Positions 1-15,550 of a stretch of 64,000 bases of DNA are shown piece after piece. The stretch lies in NCBI RefSeq assembly GCF_009914755.1, contig NC_060933.1; one strand, written 5' to 3'. The first letter of the stretch is position 1. Each line of letters begins with the position of its first letter. The stretch is from the human T2T-CHM13v2.0 reference genome, Homo sapiens. The notes beneath the pieces were generated by a model. That model did no database searches. It was not told the DNA's origin and saw nothing but the letters and a program-made list of their open reading frames with translations. A program made the translations under genes and the position numbers.

Positions 1-181
1 TGGAATGGAATTAACCCGAATAGAATGGAATGGAATGGAATGGAACGGAACGGAACGGAATGGAATGGAATGGAATGGAATGGAATGGAATGGAACGGAA
101 CGGAATGGAATGGAATGGAATGGAATGGAATGGAATCAAAGCGAGTGCCGTGGAATGGAATGGAATGGAATGCAATGGAAT

Positions 182-196
182 GGAATCTTCCGGAAT
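182..196. promoter_or_regulatory. Perfect 3-unit heat-shock-element sequence match (representative of ~40 copies)
   Basis: gGAAt-cTTCc-gGAAt matches nGAAn-nTTCn-nGAAn. This is a motif match only; binding is not shown. Confidence 0.5.
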
Positions 197-3100
197 GGAA
201 TGGAATGGAATGGAATGGAATGAAAGGCAATGGATTCAACTCGATTGCAATGAAATGGAATAGAATAGAAGGGAATGGAGTGGAATGGAATGGAATTGAA
301 TGGAATGGAATGCCTTCAAACCGAATGGAATGGAATGGAATGGAATCCACACGAGTGGAAAGGAATGGAATGGAAAGGAATGGAATGGAATGGAATGGTA
401 CGGAATAGAACGGAATGGAACGAACTGCAATGGAATGGAATGGAATGGAATGGAATGGAATGGAATGGAATCGTTCCGAGTGGAATAGGAGGGAATGTAT
501 TCGAGTGGAATGGAAAGGAATGGAATCAACCAGAGTGGAATGGAAGGGAATGGAATGGAATGGAAACTAATAGAATGGAATCAACCCGAGTGGAATGGAA
601 TGGAAAGGACTGGAATGGAATGGAATGGAATGGAATGGAATCAACTCGATTGTAATGGAATGGAATGGAATGGAATGGAATGGAATGGAATTAACCCGAA
701 TACAATGGAATGGAATGGAATGGAACGGAATGGAGTGGAATGGAATGGAATCAACCCGAATAGAATGGAATGGAATGGAATGGAACGGAACGGAACGGAA
801 CGGAATGGAATGGAATGGAATGGTATGGAATGGAATGGAATGGAATGGAATGGAATGGAATGGAATGGAATGGAATTAACCCGAATAGAATGGAATGGAA
901 TGGAATGGAACGGAATGGAACGGAACGGAACGGAATGGAATGGAATGGAATGGAATGGTATGGAATGGAATGGAATGGTACGGAATAGAATGGAATGGAA
1001 AGAATTGGAATGGAATGGAATCGAATGGAATGGAATGGAATGGAATGGAATGGAATGGAATGGAATCAACCCGAGTGCAGGGGAATGTAATGGAACGGAA
1101 TGTAATGGAATGGAATCATCCGGAATGGAATGGAATGGAATGGAATGGAATGGAATGGAATGGAACAAACCCGATTGTGATGGAATGGAATGCAATGGAA
1201 TGGAATGGAATGGAATTAACCCGAATACAATGGAATGGAATGTAATGGAACGGAATGGAGTGGAATGGAATGGAATCAACCCGAGTGCAGGGGAATGCAA
1301 TGGAATGGAATGAAATGGAATGGAATCATCCGGAATGGAATGGAATGGAATGGAATGCAAAGCAATGGAATCAACTCGATTGCAATGGAATGGAATGGAA
1401 TGGAAAGGAATACATTGGAATCAACCCGAGTGGAATGGAATGGAAAGGACTGGAATGGAGTGGAATGGAATGGAATGGAAAGGAATGGAATCAACTCGAT
1501 TGGAATGGAATGGAATGGAATGGAATGGAATGGAATTAACCCGAATAGAATGGAATGGAATGGAACGGAACGGAACGGAACGGAACGGAATGGAATGGAA
1601 TGGAATGGAATGGAATGGAATCAACCCGACTGCAGGGGAATGGAATGGAATGGAATGCAATGGAATGGATTCAACTTGAATGGAATGGAAAGAATGGAAT
1701 CAACACGAGTGGAATGGCATGGATTGGAATGGAATGGAATGGAATCAACCCGAGTACAGGGGAATGGAATGGAATGGAATGCAATGGAATGGAATCATCC
1801 GTAATGGAATGGAAAGGAATGGAATGGAATGGAATGGAATGGAATGGAATGGAATCAACTCGATTGCAATCGAATGGAATGGAATGGATTTAACCCGAAT
1901 AGAATGGAATGGAATGGAATGCAACGGAATGGAACGGAACGGAATGGAATGGAATGGAATGGAATGGAATGGAATGGAACGGAAAGGAATGGAATGGAAT
2001 GGAATGGAATGGAATGGAATGGAATCAACGCGAGTGCAGGGGAATGGAATGGAATGGAATGCAATGGAATGGAATCTTCCGCAATGGAATGGAATGGAAT
2101 GGAATGGAATGGAATGGAATGGAATGCAATGGAATAAACCCGAGTGCAATGGAATGGAGTGGAATGGAATGGAATGGAATGGAACAGCCCGAATGGAATG
2201 GAATGTAATGGAGAGTAAGGGAGTTGAAAAGAATCAATCCGAATGTAATGGAATGGAATGGAACAGAATGGAATTGAATGGAATGGAATGGAATGCAATG
2301 GAATGGAATCAACCCGATTGCAATGGAATGGAGAGGAATGGAATGGAATGGAATGGAAACTACCCGAATGGAATGGAATGTAATGGAGTGTAAGGGATTT
2401 GAATAGAATCAATCCGAATGTAATGGAATGGAATGGAACGGAATGGAATGGAATGCAATGGAATGGAACGGAATGGAATGGAATGCTATGGAATGGAATC
2501 AACCCGAGTGCAATCGAATGGAATCGAATGGAATGGAATGCAATGGAATGGATTCAACTTGAATGGAATGGAAAGAATGGAATCAACACGAGTGGAAGGG
2601 CATGGATTGGAATGCAATGGAATGGAATCAACCCGAGTACAGGGGAATGGAATGGAATGGAATGCAATGGAATGGAATCATCCGTAATGGAATGGAAAGG
2701 AACGGAATGGAATGGAATGGAATGGAATGGAATGGAATGGAATGGAATCAACACGATTGCAATCGAATGGAATGGAATGGAATTAACCCGAATAGAATGG
2801 AATGGAATGGAATGGAACGGAACGGAATGGAATGGAATGGAATGGAACGGAACGGAACGGAACGGAACGGAATGGAATGGAATGGAATGGAATGGAATCA
2901 ACGCGAGTGCAGGGGAATGGAATGGAATGGAAGGCAATGGAATGGAATATTCCGGAATGGAATGGAATGGAATGGAATGGAATGAAATGCAGTGGATTCA
3001 ACTCGATTGCAATGGAATGGAATGGAATGGAATGGAATGGAATTAACCTGAATAGAATGGAATGGAATGGAACGGAATGGAACGGAATGGAATGGAATGG

Positions 3101-6100
3101 AATGGAATGGAATGGAATGGTATGGAATGGAATGGAATGGTACGGAATAGAATGGAATGGAACGAATTGTAATGGAATGGAATTGAATGGAATGGAATGG
3201 AATGGAATGGAATCAACGCGAGTGCAGGGGAATGTAATGGAACGGAATGCAATGGAATGGAATCATCCGGAATGGAATGGAATGGAAAGGAATGGAATGG
3301 AATGGAATCAACCCGAGTGCAATGGAATGGAGTGGAATGGAATGGAATGGAATGGAACAACCCGAATGGAATGGAATGTAATGGACACTAAGGGAGTTGA
3401 ATAGAATCAATCCGAATGTAATGGAATGGAATGCAACGGAATGGAATGGAATGGAATGGAATGGAATGGAATGGAATGGAATGCAAAGGAATGGAATCAA
3501 CCCGAGTGGAATGGCATGGAATGGAATGCAACGGAATGGAATGGAATGGAATCAACTCGAGTGGAAAGGAATGGAATGGAATGGAAAGGAATGGAATGAA
3601 GTCAACTCGAGTGGAATGGAATGGAATGGAATGCATTGGAATGGATTGCAATGGAATGAAATGGAATGGAATGGAATGGAATCAATCATTCCGAGTGGAA
3701 TGGAAGGGAATGTAATAGAGTGGAAAGAAGGGAATGGAATCAACCCGAGTGGAATGCAAGGCAATGGAATGGAATGGAAAGGAATGGAATGGAATCAACT
3801 CGATTGCAATGGAATGGAATGGAATGGAATGGAATTAACCGGAATAGAATGGAATGGAATGGAAGGGAATGGAATCAACACAAGTGCAGGGGAATGGAAT
3901 GGAATGGAATGCAATGGAATGGAATCATCCGGAATGGAATGGAATGGAATGGAATGCAAAGCAATGGAATCAACTCAATTGCAATGGAATGGAATGGAAT
4001 GGAAAGGAATAGAATTGAATCAACCCGAGTGTAATGGAATGGAAAGGACTGGAATGGAGTGGAATGGAATGGAATGGAATGGAATGGAATCAACTCGATT
4101 GGAATGGAATCTAATGGAATGGAATGGAATGGAATTAACCCGAATAGAATGGAATGGAATGGAATGGAACGGAATGGAATGGAATGGAATGGAATGGAAT
4201 GGAATCAACCCGACTGCAGGGGAATGGAATGGAATGGAATGGAATTAGAATGGAATCATCCGGAACGGAATGGAATGGAATGGAATGGAATCAACTCGAT
4301 TGCAATGGAATGGAATGGAATGGAATCGAATCGAATGGAATGGAATGGAATTAAACGGAATAGAATGGAATGGAATGGAATGGAACGGAATGGAATGGAA
4401 TGGAATGGAATGGAATGGAATGGAATCAACCCGAGTGCAGGGGAATGGAATGGAATGGAATGCAATGGAATGGAATCATCCGGAATGGAATGGAATGGAA
4501 TGGAATGCAATCAACCTGATGCAATGGAATGGAGTGGAATGGAATGGAATGGAATGGAAACATCCCGAATGGAATGGAATGGAATGGAGTGTAAGGGAAT
4601 TGAATAGAATCAATCCGAATGTAATGGAATGGAATGGAATGAAATGGAATGGAATGGAATGGAATGGAATCAACCCGAGTGCAATGGAATGGATTCGAAT
4701 GGAATGGAATGGAATGGAATGGATTCAACAAGAATGGAATGGAAAGGAATGGAATCAACCCGAGTGTAATGGCATGGAATGGAAGGGAATGGAATGGGAT
4801 GGAATGGAATGGTACGGAATAGAATGGAATGGAATGAAATGGAATGGAATGGAGTGGCATGGAATGGAATGGAATGGAATGGAATGGAATCATCCGGAAT
4901 GGAATGGAATGGAATGGAATGGAATGGAATGGAATGGAATCAACTCGATTTCAATGGAATGGAATGGAATAGAATGGAATGGAATTAACACGAATAGAAT
5001 GGAATGGAATGGAATTGAATGGAACAGAAAGGAATGGAATGGAATGGAATGGAATCAACCCAAGTGCAGGGGAATGGAATGGAATGGAATTCAATGGAAT
5101 GGAATCATCCGGAATGGAATGGAATGGAATGGAATGGAATGGAATGGAATGGAATGGAATCAACCCGAGTGCAATGGAATGGAGAGGAATGGAATGGAAT
5201 GGAATGGAAACTACACGAATCGAATGGAATGTAATGGAGTGTAAGGGAATTGAATAGAATGAATCCGAATGGAATGGAATGGAATGGAATCAACGCGAGT
5301 GCAGGGGAATGGAATGTAATGGAATGCAATGGAATGGAATCTTCCGGAATGGAATGGAATGGAATGGAATGCAATGGATTCAACTCGATTGCTATGGAAT
5401 GGAATAGAATGGAATGGAATGGAATGGAATGGAATGGAATGGAATTAACCCGAATAGAATGGAATGGAGTGGAATGGAAAGGAATGGAATGGAACAACCA
5501 GAATGGAATGGAATGGAATGGAGAGTAAGGGAGTTGAATAGAATCAATCCGAATGTAATGGAATGGAATGGAACGGAATGGAATGGAATGGAATGGAATG
5601 CAATTGAATGGAATCAACCCGAGTACAATGGAATGGAATGGAATGGAATGGAATGGAATGGAATGGAATGGAATGGAATGGCTTCAAACCGAATGGAATG
5701 GAAAGGAATGGAATCAACACGAGTGGAATGGAATGGAATGGAATGGAATGCAATCGAATGGAATGGAATGGTATGGAATAGAATGGAATGGAAACAAATG
5801 GAATGGAATGGAATGGAATGGAATGGAATGGAATGGAATCGTTCCGAGTGGAATAGGAGGGAATGTATTCGAGTGGATTGGAAAGGAATGGAATCAACCA
5901 GAGTGGAATGGAAAGGAATGGAATGGAATGGAAACTAATAGAATGGAATCAACCCGAGTGGAATGGAATGGAAAGGAATGGAATGGAATGGAATGGAATG
6001 GAATGGAATGGAATGGAATGGAATGCAATCAACTCGATTGTAATGGAATGGAATGGAATGGAATGGAATTGAATGGAATGGAATTAACCCAAATACAATG

Positions 6101-9100
6101 GAATGGAATGGAATGGAACGGAATGGAGTGGAATGGAATGGAATCAACCCGAGTGCAGGGGAATGGAATGGAATGGAATGGAATGCAATGGAATGGAATC
6201 ATCCGAAATGGAATGGAATGGAATGGAATGCAAAGCAATGGAATCAACTCGATTGCAATGGAATGGAATGGACTGGAAAGGAATACATTGGAATCAACCC
6301 GAGTGGAATGGAATGGAAAGGACTGGAATGGAGTGCAATGGAATGGAATGGAATGGAATGGAATCAACTCGATTGGAATAGAATGGAATGGAATGGAATG
6401 GAATGGAATGGAATGGAATGGAATCAACACGACTGCAGGGGAATGGAATGGAATGGAATGCAATGGAATGGATTCAACTTGAATGGAATGGAAAGAATGG
6501 AATCAACACGAGTGGAATGGCATGGATTGGAATAGAATGGAATGGAATGAACCCGAGTACAGGGGAATGGAATGGAATGGAATGCAATGGAATGGAATCA
6601 TCCGTAATGGAATGGAAAGGAATGGAATGGAATGGAATGGAATGGAATAGAATGGAATGGAATCAACTCGAGTGCAATCGAATGGAATGGAATGGAATTA
6701 ACCCGAATAGAATGGAATGGAATGGAATGGGACGGAACAGAACGGAACGGAAGGGAATGGAATGCAATGGAATGGAATGGAACGGAAAGGAACGGAATGG
6801 AATGGAATGGAATGGAATGGAATCAACGCGAGTGCAGGGGAATGGAACGGAATGGAATGCAATGGAATGGAATCTTCCGGAATGGCATCGAATGGAATGG
6901 AATGGAATCAACCCGAGTGCAATGGAATGGAGTGGAATGGAATGGAATGGAATGGAACAACCCGAATGGAATGGAATGTAATGGAGAGTAAGGGAGTTGA
7001 ATAGAATCATTCCGAATGTAATGGAATGGAATGGAACGGAATGGAATTGAATGGAATGGAATGGAATGCAATGGAATGGAATCAACCCGAGTGCAATGGA
7101 ATGGAGAGGAATGGAATGGAATGGAATGGAAACTACCCGAATGGAATGGAATGTAATGGAGTGTAAGGGAATTGAATAGAATCAATCTGAATGTAATGGA
7201 ATGGAATGGAACGGAATGGAATGGAATGGAATGGAATGGAATGGAATGGAATCAACAAGAGTGCAATCGAATGGAATCGAATGGAATGCAATGCAATGGA
7301 ATGGATTCAACTTGAATGGAATGGAAAGAATGGAATCAACACGAGTGGAATGGCATGGATTGGAATGGAATGGAATGGAATCAACCCGAGTACAGGGGAA
7401 TGGAATGGAATGGAATGCAATGGAATGGAATCATCCGTAATGGAATGGAAAGGAATGTAATGGAATGGAATGGAATGGAATCACCTCGATTGCAATCGAA
7501 TGGAATGGAATGGAATTAACCCAAATAGAATGGAATGGAATGGAATGGAACGGAACGGAATGGAATGGAATGGAATGGAATGGAACGGAACGGAATGGAA
7601 CAGAATGGAATGGAATGGAATGGAATGGAATGGAATCAACGCGAGTGTAGGGGAATGGAATGGAATGGAATGCAATGGAACGGAATCTTCCGGAATGGAA
7701 TGGAATGGAATGGAATGAAATGCAATGGATTCAACTCGATTGCAATGGAATGGAATAGAATGGAATGGAATGGAATGGAATGGAATTAACCCGAATAGAA
7801 TGGAATGGAATGGAATGGAACGGAATGGAACGGAATGGAATGGAATGGAATGGAATGGAATGGAATGGAATGGTATGGAATGGAATGGAATAGTACGGAA
7901 TAGAATGGAATGGAATGAATTGTAATGGAATGGAATTGAATGGAATGGAATGGAATGGAATGGAATCAACGCGAGTGCAGGAGAATGTAATGGAACGGAA
8001 TGCAATGGAATGGAATCATCCGGAATGGAATGGAATGGAATGGAATGGAATGGAATCAACCCGAGTGCAATGGAATGGAGTGGAATGGAATGGAATGGAA
8101 TGGAACAACCCGAATGGAATGGAATGGAATGGAGAGTAAGGGAGTTGAATAGAATCAATCCGAATGTAATGGAATGGAATGCAACGGAATGGAATGGAAT
8201 GGAATGGAATGGAATGGAATGGAATGGAATGGAATGGAATGATACGGAATAGAATGGAATGGAAAGAAATGGAATGGAATGGAATGGAATGGAATGGAAT
8301 GGAATGGAATGGAATGGAATCGTTCCGAGTGGAATAGGAGGGAATGTATTCGAGTGGAATGGAAAGGAATGGAATCAACCGGAGTGGAATGGAAGGGAAT
8401 GGAATGGAATGGAAACAAATAGAATGGAATCAACCGAGTCGAATGGAATGGAAAGGACTGGAATGGAATGGAATGGAATGGAATCAACTCGATTGTAATG
8501 GAATGGAATGGAATGGAATGGAATGGAATCAACGCGAGTGCAGGGGATTGGAATGTAATGGAATGCAATGGAATGGAATCTTCCGGAATGGAATGCAATG
8601 GAATGGAATGGAATGAAATGCAATGGATTCAACTCGATTGCAATGGAATGGAATACAATGCAATGGCATGGAATGGAATGGGATTAACCCGAATAGAATG
8701 GAATGGAATGGAATGGAACGGAATGGAACGGAATGGAATGGAATGGAATGGCATGGAATGGAATGGAATGGTATGGAATGGAATGGAATGGTACGGAATA
8801 GAATGGAATGGAACGAATTGTAATGGAATGGAATTGAATGGAATGGAATGGAATGGAATGCAATGGAATGCAAAGGAATGGAATCAACCCGAGTGGAATG
8901 GCATGGAATGGAATGCAATGGATTGGAATGGAATGGAATCAACTCGATTGGAAAGGAATATAATGGAATGGAAAGGAATGGAATGAAGTCAACTCGAGTG
9001 GAATGGAATGGAATGCAATGGATTGGAATGGATTGCAATGCAATGAAATGGAATGGAATGGAATGGAATCAATCATGCAAGGGAATGTAATGGAGTGGAA

Positions 9101-12100
9101 AGAAGGGAATGGAATCAACCCGAGTGGAATGCAAGGCAATGGAATGGAATGGAAAGGAATGGAATGGAATCAACTCGATTGCAATGGAATGGAATGGAAT
9201 GGAATGGAATGGAATGGAATTAACCGGAATAGATTGCAATGGAATGGAATGGAACGGAATGGAATGGAATGGAAGGGAATGGAATCAACACGAGTGCAGG
9301 GGAATGGAATGGAATGGAATGCAATGGAATGGAATCAACTCCATTGCAATGGAATGGAATGGAATGGAATGGAATAGAATGGAATGGAATTAAACAGTAT
9401 AGATGGAATGCAATAGAATGGAATGCAACGGAACCGAATGGAGTGGAATGGAATGGAATGGAATCAACCCGAGTACAGGGGAATGGAATGGAATGGAATG
9501 CAATGGAATGGAGTCATACGTAATGGAATGGAAAGGAATGGAATGGAATGGAATGGAATGGAATGGAATGGAATGGAATCAACTCGATGGCAATCGAATG
9601 GAATGGAATGGAATTAACCCGAATAGAATGGAATGGAATGGAATGGAACGGAACGGAACGGAATGGAATGGAATGGAATGGAATGGAATGGAATGGAACG
9701 GAACGGAATGGAATGGAACGGAATGGAATGGAATGGAATGGAATGGAACGGAACGGAAAGGAATGGAATGGAATGGAATGGAATGGAATGGAATGGAATG
9801 GGATCGTTCCTAGTGGAATAGGAGGGAATGTATTCGAGTGGAATGGAAAGGAATGGAATCAACCAGAGTGGAATGGAAGGGAATGGAATGGAATGGAAAC
9901 TAATAGAATGGAATCAACCCGAGTGGAATGGAATGGAAAGGACTGGAATGGAATGGAATGGAATGGAATGGAATCAACTCGATTGTAATGGAATGGAATG
10001 GAATGGAATGGAATGGAATGGAATGGAATGGAATGGAATTAACCCGAATACAATGGAATGGAATGGAATGGAACGGAATGGAGCGGAATGGAATGGAATC
10101 AACCCGACTGCAGGGGAATGGAATGGAATGGAATGCAATGGAATGGAATCATCCGGAATGGAATGGAATGGAATGGAATGCAAAGCAATGGAATCAACTC
10201 GATTGCAATGGAATGGAATGGAATGGAAAGGAATAGAATGGAATCAACCCGAGTGGAATGGAATGGAAAGGACTGGAATGGAGTGGAATGTAATGGAATG
10301 GAATGGAATGGAATCAACTCGATTGGAATGGAATGGAATGGAATGGAATGGAATGGAATTAACCCAAATAGAATGGAATGGAATGGAATGGAACGGAATA
10401 GAATGGAATGGAATGGAATGGAATGGAATCAACCCGACTGCAGGGGAATGGAATGGAATGGAACGGAATGGAATGGAATCATCCGGAACGGAATGGAATG
10501 GAATGGAATGGAATCAACTCGATTGCAATGGAATGGAATGGAATGGAATGGAATCGAATGGAATGGAATGGAATTAAACGGAATAGAATGGAATGGAATG
10601 GAATGGAACGGAACGGAACGGAACGGAATGGAATGGATTGGAATGGAACGGAACGGAATGGAATGGAATGGAATGGAATGGAATGGAATGGAATGGAATC
10701 AACCCGAGCGCAGGGGAATCGAATGGAATGGAATGCAATGGAATGGAATCATCCGGAATGGAATGGAATGGAATGGAATGCAATCAACCTGATGCAATGG
10801 AATGGAGTGGAATGGAATGGAAACATCCCGAATGGAATGGAATGTAATGGAGTGTAAGGGAATTGAATAGAATCAATCCGAATGTAATGGAATGGAATGG
10901 AATGAAATGGAATGGAATGGAATGGAAAGGAATCAACCCGAGTGCAATGGAATGGATTCGAATGGAATGGAATGGAATGGAATGGATTCAACAAGAATGG
11001 AATGGAAATAAATGGAATCAACCCGAGTGTAATGGCATGGAATGGAACGGAATGGAATGGGATGGAATGGAATGGTACGGAATAGAATGCAATGGAATGA
11101 AATGGAATGGAATGGAATGGAATGGAATGGAATGGAATGGAATGGAATGGAATGAACCCGTGTGCAATGGAATGGAATGGAATGGAATGGAATGGATTCA
11201 ACTCGAATGGAATCAACTCGATTGCAATGGAATGGAATGGAATTGAAAGGAATAGAATGGAATCAAGCCGAGTGGAATGGAATGGAAAGGACTGGAATGG
11301 AGTGGAACGGAATGGAATGCAATTAACCGGAATACAATGAAATGGAACGGAATGGAATGGAATGTAATGGAATGGAATGGAATGGAATCAACACGAGTGC
11401 AGGGGAATGGAATGGAATGGAATGCAATGGAATGGAATCATCCGGAATGGAATGGAATGGAATGGAATGGAATGGAATGGAATGGAATGGAATGGAATCA
11501 ACTAAATTTCAATGGAATGGAATGGAATAGAATGGAATGGAATTAACACGAAAGAATGGAATGGAATGGAATGGAATGGAAAAGAAAGGAATGGAATGGA
11601 ATGGAATGGAATCAACCCAAGTGCAGGGGAATGCAATGCAATGGAATTCAATGGAATGGAATCATCCGGAATGGAATGGAATGGAATGGAATGGAATGGA
11701 ATGGAATGGAATGGAATGGAATGGAATCAACCCGAGTGCAATGGAATGGAGAGGAATGGAATGGAATGGAATGAAAACTACACGAATGGAATGGAATGTA
11801 ATGGAGTTTAAGGGAATTGAATAGAATGAATCCGAATGGAATGGAATGGAATGGAATGGAATGGAATGGAATGGAAAGGAATGGAATGGAATGGAATGGA
11901 ATGGAATGCAATGCCATGGAATCAACCCGAGTGCAATCGAATGGAATCGAATGGAATGGAATGGAATGGAATGGATTCAACTTGAATGGAATGGAAAGAA
12001 TGGAATCAACACGAGTGGAAGGGCATGGATTGGAATGGAATGGAATGGAATTAACTCGATTGCAATCGAATGGAATGGAATGGAATTAACCCGAATAGAA

Positions 12101-12659
12101 TGGAATGGAATGGAATGGAATGGAACGGAACGGAATGGAATGGAATGGAATGGAATGGCATGGAATGGAATCAACGCGAGTGCAGGGGAATGGATTGGAA
12201 TGGAATGCAAGGGAATGGAATCTTCCGGAATGGAATGGAATGGAATGGAATAGAATGGAATGGAATGGAATGGAATGGAATCAAACCGAGTACAGGGGAA
12301 TGGAATGGAATGGAAAGCAGTGGAATGGAATCATCCGTAATGGAATGGAAAGGAATGGAATGGAATGCAATGGAATGGAATGGAATGGAATGGAATGGAA
12401 TGGAATCAACTCGATTGCAATCGAACGGAATGGAATGGAATTAACCCGAATAGAATGGAATGGAATGGAACGGAACGGAACGGAACGGAATGGAATGGAA
12501 TGGAATGGAATCAACGCGAGTGCAGGGGAATGGAATGGAATGGAATGCAATGGAATGGAATCTTCCGGAATGGAATGGAATGGAATGGAATGGAATGCGA
12601 TGGATTCAACTCGATTGCAATGGAATGGAATAGAATGGAATGGAATGGAATGGAATGGA

Positions 12660-15550
12660 ATTAACCCGAATAGAATGGAATGGAATGGAATGGAACGGAA
12701 CGGAACGGAACGGAACGGAATGGAATGGAATGGAATGGAATGGTATGGAGTGGAATGGAATGGTACGGAATAGAATGGAATGGAAAAAATTGGAATGGAA
12801 TGGAATCTAATGGAATGGAATGGAATGGAATGGAATGGAATCAACCCGAGTGCAGGGGAATGTAATGGAACGGAATGTAATGGAATGGAATCATCCGGAA
12901 TGGAATGGAATGGAATGGAATGGAATGGAATGGAACCAACCAGATTGTGATGGAATGGAATGCAATGGAATGGAATGGAATGGAATTAACCCGAATACAA
13001 TGGAATGGAATGTAATGGAACGGAATGGAGTGGAATGGAATGGAATCAACCCGACTGCAGGGGAATGCAATGGAATGGAATGCAATGGAATGGAATCATC
13101 CGGAATGGAATGGAATGGAATGGAATGCAAAGCAATGGAATCAACTCGATTGCAATGGAATGGAATGGAATGGAAAGGAATACATTGGAATCAACCCGAG
13201 TGGAGTGGAATGGAAAGGACTGGAATGGAGTGCAATGGAATGGAATTAACCCGAATAGAATGGAATGGAATGGAATGGAACGGAACGGAACGGAATGGAA
13301 TGGAATGGAATGGAATGGAATGGAATGGAATGGAATCAACCCGACTGCAGGGGAATGGAATGGAATGGAATGCAATGGAATGGATTCAACTTGAATGGAA
13401 TGGAAAGAATGGAATCAACACGAGTGGAATGGCATGCATTGGAATGGAATGGAATGGAATCAACCCGAGTACAGGGGAATGGAATGGAATGGAATGCAAT
13501 GGAATGGAATCGTCCGTAATGGAATGGAAAGGAATGGAATGGAATGGAATGAAATGGAATGGAATGGAATGGAATCAACTCGATTGCAATCGAATGGAAT
13601 GGAATGGATTTAACCCGAATAGAATGGAATGGAATGGAATGGAACGGAACGGAACGGAATGGAATGGAATGGAATGGAATGGAATGGAATGGAATGGAAC
13701 GGAAAGGAATGGAATGGAATGGAAGGGAATGGAAAGGAATCAACGCGAGTGCAGGGGAATGGAATGGAATGGAATGCAATGGAATGGAATCTTCCGGAAT
13801 GGAATGGAATGGAATGGAATGGAATGGAATGGAATGGAATAAACCCGAGTGCAATGGAATGGAGTGGAATGGAATGGAATGGAATGGAACAGCCCGAATG
13901 GAATGGAATGTAATGGAGAGTAAGGGAGTTGAATAGAATCAATCCGAATGTAATGGAATGGAATGCAACAGAATGGAATTGAATGGAATGGAATGGAATG
14001 CAATGGAATGGAATCAACCCGATTGCAATGGAATGGAGAGGAATGGAATGGAATGGAATGGAAACTACCCGAATGGAATGGAATGTAATGGAGTGTAAGG
14101 GATTTGAATAGAATCAATCCGAATGTAATGGAATGGAATGGAACGGAATGGAATGGAATGGAATGGAATGGAACGGAATGGAATGGAATGCAATGGAATG
14201 GAATCAACCCGAGCGCAATCGAAAGGAATCAAATGGAATGGAATGCAATGGAATGGATTCAACTTGAATGGAATGGAAAGAATGGAATCAACACGAGTGG
14301 AAGGGCATGGATTGGAATGCAATGGAATGGAATCAACCCGAGTACAGGGGAATGGAATGGAATGGAATGCAATGGAATGGAATCATCCGTAATGGAATGG
14401 AAAGGAACGGAATGGAATGGAAAGGAATGGAATGGAATGGAATGGAATGGAATCAACACGATTGCAATCGAATGGAATGGAATGGAATTAACCCGAATAG
14501 AATGGAATGGAATGGAATGGAACGGAACGGAATGGAATGGAATGGAATGGAACGGAACGGAACGGAACGGAATGGAATGGAATGGAATGGAATGGAATGG
14601 AATCAACGCGAGTGCAGGGGAATGGAATGGAATGGAATGCAATGGAATGGAATATTCCGGAATGGAATGGAATGGAATGGAATGGAATGAAATGCAGTGG
14701 ATTCAACTCGATTGCAATGGAATGGAATGGAATGGAATGGAATGGAATTAACCTGAATAGAATGGAATGGAATGGAACGGAATGGAATGGAATGGAATGG
14801 AATGGAATGGAATGGAATGGAATGGAATGGTATGGAATGGAATGGAATAGTACGGAATAGAATGGAATGGAACGAATTGTAATGGAATGGAATTGAATGG
14901 AATGGAATGGAATGGAATGGAATCAACGCGAGTGCAGGGGAATGTAATGGAACGGAATGCAATGGAATGGAATCATCCGGAATAGAATGGAATGGAAAGG
15001 AATGGAATGGAATGGAATCAACCCGAGTGCAATGGAATGGAGTAGAATGGAATGGAATGGAATGGAACAACCCGAATGGAATGTAATGTAATGGACAGTA
15101 AGGGAGTTGAATAGAATCAATCCGAATGTAATGGAATGGAATGCAACGGAATGGAATGGAATGGAATGGAATGGAATGGAATGCAAAGGAATGGAATCAA
15201 CCCGAGTGGAATGGCATGGAATGGAATGCAACGGAATTTAATGGAATGGAATCAACTCGAGTGGAAAGGAATGGAATGGAATGGAAAGCAATGGAATGAA
15301 GTCAACTCGAGTGGAATGGAATGGAATGGAATGGACTGGAATGGATTGCAATGGAATGAAATGGAATGGAATGGAATGGAATCAATCATTCCGAGTGGAA
15401 TGGAAGGGAATGTAATAGAGTGGAAAGAAGGGAATGGAATCAACCCGAGTGGAATGCAAGGCAATGGAATGGATTGGAAAGGAATGGAATGGAATCACCT
15501 CGATTGCAATGGAATGGAATGGAATGGAATGGAATGGAATGGAATGGAAT
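12660..15550 (+). repeat. Duplicate of ~870-3840 (offset ~11.7 kb)
   Basis: Shared rare markers GATTGTGA (~1173/12943), GGAATATTCCGG (2944/14649) and CAATCATTCCGAG (3683/15383). ORF-track twins 2399..3046 and 14104..14751 are offset by 11,705. Confidence 0.85.

Noticed and set aside
1070-1090. G-quadruplex from GCAGGGG tracts
   Set aside because: The G4 tracts are isolated and usually more than 50 bp apart, so there are no four closely spaced G3+ runs.
3680-3695. Homeodomain-like sites (AATCAATCA; PBX or DUX4-like)
   Set aside because: The matches are short and imperfect, arise easily from GGAAT derivatives, and lack the TAA start of the DUX4 consensus.
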